Source: a bacterium (lineage in GTDB: Bacteria > Zhuqueibacterota > Zhuqueibacteria > Zhuqueibacterales > Zhuqueibacteraceae). From it: DNA of 64,000 bases. The stretch spans positions 32,001 through 96,000 of the forward strand of contig JBIOXB010000139.1 of the NCBI GenBank assembly GCA_044869275.1. The letters are read 5' to 3'. Below the pieces are notes generated by a model. That model made no database searches, was not told the DNA's origin, and was given only the letters and a program-made list of their open reading frames with translations. Numbering within the stretch: the first letter of the stretch is position 1; every line of letters starts with the position of its first letter. The position numbers and the translations under genes were made by a program. This document shows positions 48,977 through 56,612 of this stretch, piece by piece.

Positions 48977-49829
48977 TCATTGATTTAATACCATCACCGC
49001 TTTCGTTTGGGTTTGGCCGTGGGCTTGCACGCAAACGACATACATGCCACTAGATCTGCCTCCGGTGCGATCAAAGCCATCCCACTCTAGGGCATTCCGG
49101 CCTTGGGGCATCTTCTGATTCTCACACAAAGTCTTAACCAGACGCCCCGCGGGGTTGTAAACTTTCACCGCCACCGCCGCGGGCTGGCCTAGCTCGAAGG
49201 AGATCGTCACCGTTCGTGCCAAACAGCATATTGCCTTCATCATCCTGCACGATGCACTTCACGCGGTAAGGAGTGAGATACTTGCTTGGGAGCGGCCCGC
49301 AGGTGGTATCCGGCACCCAGGAAGAATTCATCCATTTGAAGTAACCGGCGGGCGTAAACTTGAACCACTGGCCGGAAGAGTCCCTCCTGCCGATGTCGGC
49401 GCTGGACATGGCGCCACACCAGAGATTGCCTTGCACATCGAGATAAAGCGAAAGCATGCGATTTTCCGCGAGTCCAGCGCCTCGCTTGAAATGCTGCCAG
49501 GTTCGGTCTTTGATATGGAAGCGAAATAGGCCGTCAATGGTGCCCACCCAAAGCACATCAGATTTGTAATCCAGCGCCAGCGCGGTCACTTCTGCAACGA
49601 CCGCGCCCTGCGAGGTCATGGGCACGAAGCTTTCGAATGTGCTGCCGTCAAAACGATACACACCGTTGAAGCCAGTTCCAAACCAAATGGTTTTGGCTCT
49701 GTCACTATAAACTATAGGATTGACGTTATTGAAAGGCAGAAAGTGCGTCCATCGTTGTGCGGCCGCCGGCCCGCAGGCACCAAGCGCTATCAGAGCGGTA
49801 ATCGAAGATAGTACTTTGATGCTCTTCAT
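48977..49829 (-). pseudogene. Internally deleted exported beta-propeller protein with a C-terminal FlgD-Ig sorting domain
   Basis: Signal peptide and IWFGT/LWVGT/GNLW repeats (49829 to ~49210), joined out of frame to VKVYNPAGRLVKTL...WDG...SGMY. Confidence 0.75.
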
Positions 49830-50370
49830 GGCTCATTGATTCCCTGCGGATCAATCCTAAACTTAAATTGCCCGGGGCCGGGAGCTCCTCGCGGATCACG
49901 AGGAAATCGACATTCTCGCATTTCCAAACTCGCCGGGTCAAAGCCCATCCGGTCCATGCTTACCGTCGTCCCATTGGAGACGTGTGGTTCCGCGAGGGCC
50001 GTGAACGTTGCTGCCGGACTGTCGCAGAATCTGACCTCATTCGATGAAATATAAAACCATGGTGAGAACGGATTAACCGAGGCATTGCATAACTTCAGGT
50101 CAATCGTCAGCGTATCCGGATTATCTGCGGCTTTGGCCAGCAGATTGCACGCTGTAACGCAAACGCGGTAATTGGTTAAGACGCTAACGGGAATGAAGAT
50201 CTGACCGTTGACGTTGCCGATGTGATTGCCGAAAGCTTCAGCTATCAAACCTGCGCGTTGCACACCCTCGATTTTCCCGAGAAATACTACACACTCCATC
50301 GCAAAAAGCGTATCGAGCTTGAATTCGATGGAAATTTCCACGACTTTTTTACGTGCACGGCCAGGAAGAT
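49826..50370 (-). pseudogene. Probable 3' remnant of a gene
   Basis: Open frame whose stop overlaps (ATGA) the next start; no clear start or RBS. Confidence 0.35.
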
Positions 50371-52215
50371 TCAATGCCGAGTATTTTGATACTTTTTGTA
50401 GATGTGCATGATCCCCGGCACATAGGCGGCGGTTTCCGCTGGCATCCCCTCCGCGCCACCGCCGTGAAGCTGCCATCTCCCCGCCCAACGTTCACCGGCG
50501 TTGTACCCAGCCAGGCCGGCCTCCATGCCATACATGTCGATCAACATGGCGAGATAACGGCAGCCGAGCCGGAGGTTGTAGTTCGGATTGAAAAGAACTT
50601 CCTCCGCGCTGGTCCAGGGAATGCCTTCGGCCTCGGCCAAGTAAATGCCGGTGGCCGGCATGATTTGCATCAATCCCATTGCGCCAGCCCACGAAACCGC
50701 GTTCGGATTCCAGGAGGCCTCAAAGGTAATCGTGGCACAGATCAGCTCGATATTCAATTGGGGATATTTGCGCGTCATGCGCTCGATCTCGTCGGCCAGA
50801 GACAGCCTCAGCGCCGATTCCAACTTCGGGGCCAGGCGGTCGATCATCCTCCTCGCCCTTTCCAGATCGAGCTGGCGCAGACTATCCGATTGTTGGATGG
50901 CCTGCAGCTTCTGGGCATGATCTTGCAGGCCATCGAGCTGTACCCGTTGGTGCTGCTGCGAGCGCTGCAGATGCTTGTGCAGTTCGATCGCAGCGGGCCC
51001 CCAAACCACCGCCAGAGTGAAGGCGGCGACTTCGATTGCCGCAACGCGAAGCCGGCGGCGCTTGGGTGTCTCTAGCTCTGCGACAAAAGGCGGCGCGGCG
51101 CTGTCGTATGCTTCCTCGTCGAGGTCTGCCACTGCCGGGTAGTCAAGGGCTTTGCGAGCGAGAGCTTCTTCCTCTGTCGCAGCCGGCATGGTCACGGCAA
51201 CTGCAGGAGAGGAAAGCGGCCATGCGGCCTCCTCTTCCGGCGCGCTGACAATATCGACCTCCAAAGCTTTCAACACCTCTGGCATGGAGAAGGCCAGGGC
51301 AAAACGAGGCGCGGTGCTGCTGGCGAAATGCAGTGCCACCGCACGCCGCGTTGAACTCTCCAGCCACCATGCACCGGAGTCTCCCGCACCGCTGAGCGGC
51401 TGTTCTGGTGCTTCCGGCGCAATGTGGACCAGCGGACCCACCACGTGGTTGGTGCTGCCATACAAATGCATGGCATAACCCAACACCCCGGTGATGACAC
51501 CGCGAGTGACACCGGTTCCTGCGCCGGATTTTATCACGCGCATTCCCAATTGCGGAATGGTCACGCCGGTCACAGGGCCGATTCCAATTTGCTCATGGCG
51601 CAGTGGCTTGAGACTGCGAAGCTGCGCCACGGCCGCGTCCAGGCCACAGTGGATGGCGCTGCGCTGGTATTCGGCGATGGTTTCCGCTTCGCCGTCCGCC
51701 GCCCTCGCGATGAGCGAGCCCAGCTGCATCTCTTGCTCCCCCGGCTCCGCCCCCGATAACACGTGCCAACTGCTGAGCAGCATCTCCGCGCCGCTTTGCC
51801 GGTCGCGCACTTTACCGCCCAAAGTTCCCCGGCGATGATCATGTGGATTCGAGAGGGCGAGCCCTCCTGCCAGAAACGGGCGCGAATCGCAAAGCTCCTC
51901 TGCACGCGTTGAAGTGGCCTGCCACCAATCCAAGCGGTAAATGGCCTCGGGGACGTCAACGGCAAAGCCCAAACGCTGAGCCTCGATCACGCGGTGCGAT
52001 TCGGCAACCGCCCATGCTTGAAAGGCCGCGTCCAGCAGTTTGCGGCGAAGGTGAATGCGCACCGCCAGCTCCGGCTCGAGCCTATGCTGGTCGGCGGAAC
52101 GCGTGCGCAAACCGAGATCGATGAGCGCGACGTTCGGATCGTCGAGATACAGGACCAAGGCCTTTTCGAGCGCGCGGCGTGCAGCGCTCCAGGTTTTCGG
52201 ATCAATGTTCATCAT
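50371..52215 (-). CDS. Fusion of a trypsin/Nal1-like serine protease, TM, coiled coil and SLT lytic transglycosylase
   Basis: Triad motifs SWHVL, LDAA, GDSGA; SLT motifs FEAS, AMGLMQIMP, GYNAG, ETAAYV. Confidence 0.85.
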   Translation of the reverse strand: MMNIDPKTWSAARRALEKALVLYLDDPNVALIDLGLRTRSADQHRLEPELAVRIHLRRKLLDAAFQAWAVAESHRVIEAQRLGFAVDVPEAIYRLDWWQATSTRAEELCDSRPFLAGGLALSNPHDHRRGTLGGKVRDRQSGAEMLLSSWHVLSGAEPGEQEMQLGSLIARAADGEAETIAEYQRSAIHCGLDAAVAQLRSLKPLRHEQIGIGPVTGVTIPQLGMRVIKSGAGTGVTRGVITGVLGYAMHLYGSTNHVVGPLVHIAPEAPEQPLSGAGDSGAWWLESSTRRAVALHFASSTAPRFALAFSMPEVLKALEVDIVSAPEEEAAWPLSSPAVAVTMPAATEEEALARKALDYPAVADLDEEAYDSAAPPFVAELETPKRRRLRVAAIEVAAFTLAVVWGPAAIELHKHLQRSQQHQRVQLDGLQDHAQKLQAIQQSDSLRQLDLERARRMIDRLAPKLESALRLSLADEIERMTRKYPQLNIELICATITFEASWNPNAVSWAGAMGLMQIMPATGIYLAEAEGIPWTSAEEVLFNPNYNLRLGCRYLAMLIDMYGMEAGLAGYNAGERWAGRWQLHGGGAEGMPAETAAYVPGIMHIYKKYQNTRH

Positions 52216-52230
52216 ATGCTTCTTTGATGC

Positions 52231-52965
52231 TCAAGGGGCGACTCTTAAAAACGGTCCTCGATAAAAAGCCATCGGAGAATCGGGGCGAAGCGCAAAGGCG
52301 ACGAGCTGCAATAGATAATGCCCGATGCCGGGGACTTTGAATTCAACCCGCAGGTCATATTCAGTTTGACCGGGATACATTATTTCTGTTTGCGAGCCCA
52401 GCAGCTTGCACTCGCCGGTGTTGGTGTCGGCAGCATGAATTTGAACGCAGAGAGAAATATGCGGCGGAACCGAGCTCGGGATCAACTTGCCAGCCACGCC
52501 GCAGCGAATTTCGCCGCGCAAGTATTTTATCGTTGTGGCGTTCGACCTGGCCGGCATTTCCACCGGTGCGAATCTGACCTCGTCGATGGACAATGCCGGT
52601 TCGGGTGGGCGAATTTCCAGCATTGCTTCGCCTGCCTTCTTCTCCGCGACATTCTCTTCTTTTTCTTCACACGACACAGCGGCAATTGCCTTTTCATTGG
52701 CAAACAATTGCGCCCAATCCAACCATTCCTGACTGGCAATGCTTGTGGCCGCGATCGCAGTGCCGGCGCGTTCTTGCAGCTCGCGCGACAGGGTTTCCGG
52801 CGTATGCCCCAAAAAGTCGGAGAACTTTCGTATGCCCACACTGTTGAGCGCCATCTCCATGGCCGGATCGATGCCGGGGATATTCAACAAGTCATCACGA
52901 CCTAAAAGCAGCAGGGCTGAAGACGGCAAGACCGTCGGTTGGTAATTGTGCTCGGCTTGTTTCAT
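52231..52965 (-). CDS. Helix-hairpin-helix-like protein with a C-terminal beta-sandwich-like domain
   Basis: DDLLNIPGIDPAMEMALNSVGIRKF HhH-like motif; C-terminal GHYLL...GPFL. Confidence 0.7.
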   Translation of the reverse strand: MKQAEHNYQPTVLPSSALLLLGRDDLLNIPGIDPAMEMALNSVGIRKFSDFLGHTPETLSRELQERAGTAIAATSIASQEWLDWAQLFANEKAIAAVSCEEKEENVAEKKAGEAMLEIRPPEPALSIDEVRFAPVEMPARSNATTIKYLRGEIRCGVAGKLIPSSVPPHISLCVQIHAADTNTGECKLLGSQTEIMYPGQTEYDLRVEFKVPGIGHYLLQLVAFALRPDSPMAFYRGPFLRVAP

Positions 52966-53168
52966 TTTCGACAATCTCCATTTTATGCTTGCGCTCTCCA
53001 AGAGATTGAAGTATATTGATTTTACCTTCTCCAAGAGAGCCGCAGAGAGCGCACACGCTTGACCAGCGATCGGACCAATGTATTGGCTGCTGACGCGTGA
53101 CCTTATGCATGCTTGTGGCGCGCTTGAAAACATCCTGCCTTAACCCTTCAAAACCAGGAGAACATACA

Positions 53169-53405
53169 ATGTCTAATGTCATCAATGTCAATTTCAATCC
53201 CACACCTGACTTTGAACATCATGAAACCCAAGGCTCACGCAACGGCGACTGGATCGTTTTTCGTTGCGCGCAATGCCAGGATTACGAACGCCGGCTGAAT
53301 TGGCGCACCGGAGAAACCACGGTGCGGAATAGCAGTGCCAACATCGATCATCATGGCAAGTATTACCCGCGGGACATCATAGCCGCCTTCGAGAATGTCA
53401 ATTAA
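53169..53405 (+). CDS. Small hypothetical protein with a CxxC motif
   Basis: AGGAG RBS; FRCAQCQDYER; 78 aa. Confidence 0.65.
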   Translation: MSNVINVNFNPTPDFEHHETQGSRNGDWIVFRCAQCQDYERRLNWRTGETTVRNSSANIDHHGKYYPRDIIAAFENVN

Positions 53406-54439
53406 TTAGCGAACATCAGGCCGCCATCGAGTGAAGCCGTGCAGGTCGAATGCTCTCCCTTCGTCATGGCGAGAGTCACCGTAGCATGGAGGCGATAGGC
53501 ACCGGCCAGCAACGGCTTGGCGATCAAATTCAGAGTAACAATTCCTGTCGGAGTAATATGATCGTGTGCTTCAACGAGGATTTCACCCAAGTTGCTACTT
53601 AAACTTTTCGCGTAAACGATGGCTTCATAAGCCATCGGCGCCGTGCCGAACTTGTTCACCGCTTCAAGATCAAGGGTGAGACGTAAACCAAATGACCGGC
53701 CAGCTCTTACCTGGCGAGGGCCAGTAGCGTCGGCTTTCGAGATTTCCAGTTTCCGCAGATGCGGCACGTGACCGTTATTCGGGGGGGCAACCGGTGAAGC
53801 CGCTGGCCCAACCGGCGCAGCTTGACGTTCCTTCCGCTGTAGCTTTTGCTGCAGAGCGTGAGCGGCGGGCGATTCCAGTAAAGCCGGGGGAAGTGAGCCA
53901 CCGATCGATTTTTTGTCCAACGCGGATGCGGGCAAATCTATCTTTGCCTCGTATGCCGCAGCAAGGGCTTTGGGTTTTTCCAAAATGGCCAATCTTTTTT
54001 CCAATTCTTGCATTCGGCCTTCGCCATAGAGTCGTTGCCGCTCAATCTCGCTGCGATCCCCTTTTAGCGCCTCGGCCTGTTGCACGGCATTCTCTGCCGT
54101 TGCCTTCGCCTGTTCCTGAAGGCTGACAATCTCCTCCTGCATTTTCACAATCGCGCTCTTCAGCGCCTGCCCTTCTTGTTTGATGTTCTTCAGGTCCTCG
54201 AGCACCTCGTTTCGATCAGCAGGCGCTAACGCAGACTCAGCCCCGCCCCATTTCACCGAGATTTCTTCATCTGTGATAGTCACCAGCTTTGATTCCTCTG
54301 CCGGCGCAATGACAGGCGCGTCTATTGGTTTTTCCTGCTGGCCTTGGTTGTTTCTTTTGTGTTTTCTTTTTTTATGCTGCGCCAGCGCTCGCGACTGGCT
54401 TCTGTTTTCAGCTTGCTCTTCTTTTCTTAATGCGTTCAT
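53402..54439 (-). CDS. Coiled-coil protein with a C-terminal beta-sandwich-like domain
   Basis: GAGGTG RBS; heptad-rich middle; C-terminal AGAYRL...GGLM. Confidence 0.7.
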   Translation of the reverse strand: MNALRKEEQAENRSQSRALAQHKKRKHKRNNQGQQEKPIDAPVIAPAEESKLVTITDEEISVKWGGAESALAPADRNEVLEDLKNIKQEGQALKSAIVKMQEEIVSLQEQAKATAENAVQQAEALKGDRSEIERQRLYGEGRMQELEKRLAILEKPKALAAAYEAKIDLPASALDKKSIGGSLPPALLESPAAHALQQKLQRKERQAAPVGPAASPVAPPNNGHVPHLRKLEISKADATGPRQVRAGRSFGLRLTLDLEAVNKFGTAPMAYEAIVYAKSLSSNLGEILVEAHDHITPTGIVTLNLIAKPLLAGAYRLHATVTLAMTKGEHSTCTASLDGGLMFAN

Positions 54440-54576
54440 AACGCACCTCATGAGATAGCGATGATAACGGGAAATTGAGTGTCGTAACCCAATTTGTGCC
54501 GATGAAAACACTGGCCCCTCGCTGCTAGAAGTTGCGGCGAGGGGCCAAGTTGTTACTTGCAGCGAACTGCCAAGCA

Positions 54577-55020
54577 TTACGGCACCGATACGTAGAACTG
54601 CAGGATCCCACCTTCGCAGTAGCCGGCGATAGGACCAGGCGTTCCGACGAGGTTCAGATAAGTGATGGTCGTCACCAGCTTATAGGCGCCTGCCTCAATG
54701 GTGAAAGGCGGCGTGACAATCTCGGTCAGAAACGGCAGATAGAGGTTCGGTGCGACGCTGGGCGCTAAAGGCACCAGCACATCAGCCGCGGGGAGATCGT
54801 AATCGGGGTTATTTCCCAGACTTTCGAGACGGACACGCACGCGCCATGTGCCACCGATCATGGCATTCAAAGTGCCTTCGGTTTGTAGCTTGACGCGAAC
54901 ACGCCAAGTCTCGCTGGTCTTGATGAGAGAGGTAGGATCGAAGATACCAGCTTCGAACACCTCACAGGTACCGCTGACGTTGAAATCGGTACCGCGGTCC
55001 TCAAAGATGAATTCAGACAT
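54577..55020 (-). CDS. Hypothetical single-domain beta-rich protein
   Basis: GGAG RBS; 147 aa; AGAYKL...GGILQF. Confidence 0.8.
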   Translation of the reverse strand: MSEFIFEDRGTDFNVSGTCEVFEAGIFDPTSLIKTSETWRVRVKLQTEGTLNAMIGGTWRVRVRLESLGNNPDYDLPAADVLVPLAPSVAPNLYLPFLTEIVTPPFTIEAGAYKLVTTITYLNLVGTPGPIAGYCEGGILQFYVSVP

Positions 55021-55164
55021 ATAAAAACTCCGTGAATTAAAGGATGAAACATTTAGTGAATTATTGATGAGCTTTGCCTCGCTGTCGATCCGGCTGAGAT
55101 GAAGTGCAAGAAGCGATCTTCAACCGATCATCACTCATCCGTGCATCTTCACTCAAAACCTTTT

Positions 55165-55180
55165 TTCAAACGGCATGCCA
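55165..55180 (-). promoter_or_regulatory. Putative sigma54 -24/-12 promoter (GA variant)
   Basis: Minus strand TGGCATGCCGTTTGAA, ~145 bp upstream of the 55020 start. Confidence 0.45.
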
Positions 55181-55289
55181 CTTTTCTTTTCAGATTCGAG
55201 GGTATTGCTTTAACGATCGAAATACCAAAACCATAAAGCGGCAATATTCGCGCTGCAGTCTCGCGGAGAGGAATGGCGCCAACTCGGAC

Positions 55290-55683
55290 GATTTCCAAAA
55301 AGCCTCCCGTTCTTCTTCCTCCGTCGAGAAGGCTTTGGTAGAGATTATTCAGCAAGTTGGAAAAAATAAACGGTGAGAATCCACAGCGCAAGCAAGCGGG
55401 CCTTGGAAATCGGCGCGCTCTCGAATTTCGCAGCGCCGGCTTGGAAATCGCCGCAGCTTGATTTGGAAATCCGCCAAAGCCGGCGTTTCCAAAAATTTTC
55501 CACGCAAGACGGGCATTTCTTGAAGATCCCTTGATACGCTTATGAGAATACTGTCCAAGTCATCCAAACAAAATATCTGCGCGAAAACGGAGTATTTGGA
55601 AATCAATTCTTTTCCTTGGCCAGCGAAGCGATACTTGCGGGCACACGATCTCTGCAAGCGCCTGTTTTTAAAAAGAATTTCCA
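55290..55683. promoter_or_regulatory. Cluster of TTGGAAATC motifs (candidate activator-binding sites)
   Basis: Exact at 55403, 55441, 55463, 55596 and inverted at 55290; partial at 55357, 55486, 55497, 55677. Confidence 0.5.
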
Positions 55684-56015
55684 CAACTATGATTGTCGAT
55701 CATTTTGGGAACAGTTTTTGTCAGTTGGTGGAGAGGAAATGGAGAAGAAGCAGAGAGCACTCAAAGTTAAAAGCCAAGTGAGGTCGAATGATCATCGAAC
55801 ATGAGCAATAGGTTGCACGGCAAGGGAGGCATAATTGCTTTTGAGAGAATTCGTTGCCTTTGGTGTCCATATTCATAGCAGTTCATTACTGCGAAAAGTG
55901 TTATTGCCTCGACCATCACCTTGCCTGGCCTTCTCTCCATGGCAATAGCCTGTCACCGGGTTGCTGCTTGACAAACCCTGCCCAATTGCCCGCAGGTAAA
56001 ATGGAGGTAGCGTTC

Positions 56016-56330
56016 ATGGAACTTTTTCTTAATCTCAATTGCGCCGTGCTCATGTTCTTGTTGAATTCCAATTTGTTCGCCCAGGCCAGGAATCAGGTTT
56101 TTACCGGCGCAAGGCCGTTGGCGCTGGGAGAAGCTTTCGTGGCGGTCGCCGACGACGGCAATGCTATTTATTGGAATCCGGCGGGAAGGCAGCGCGTCGA
56201 CGAGATATCTGACGCGGCGGTGAATGCGCAACTTGACCAAGCTTTGCGCCGCGGACCGAAACAGCCTCCCAAAAAACCAAATCGTCCCGTGCTCCGGCCG
56301 GGACGACCTAAAAAACCAATCGCGGAATAG
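56016..56330 (+). pseudogene. N-terminal remnant of a PorV/PorQ-like beta-barrel protein
   Basis: GGAGG RBS, signal peptide, GARPLALGEAFVAVADDGNAIYWNPAG, then unrelated sequence. Confidence 0.75.
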
Positions 56331-56612
56331 TTCGGACCGGGAGGACTGCGCCCTGGTATTGGGCATTTTGAGCATTTCACCAGGTATGTCCCCAAGGCTA
56401 CGCCCTGGCGAGGCATAAACTAAAATGAGAGGCGGCACCGTTGTAAAATCATCGCTCTTGTCTCTTCAAAGAATTGTCCACGAAAAAGGAATCGCTTATA
56501 AAAAACTGAATGGACTAAACCCAGCGATTTGTCCCGAAATATTTCAAGCAAGATCATTGCGGTAAAATGATCGCCGCCGCATGCACGATTTGACACGACA
56601 TTGGAGCCACCC

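Noticed and set aside
50371..50900. Prophage endolysin
   Set aside because: No phage structural, terminase or integrase genes anywhere in the window
55290..55683. TTGGAAATC repeats as a CRISPR array or iterons
   Set aside because: Only 9 bp long, irregular spacing, both orientations, no cas or rep gene
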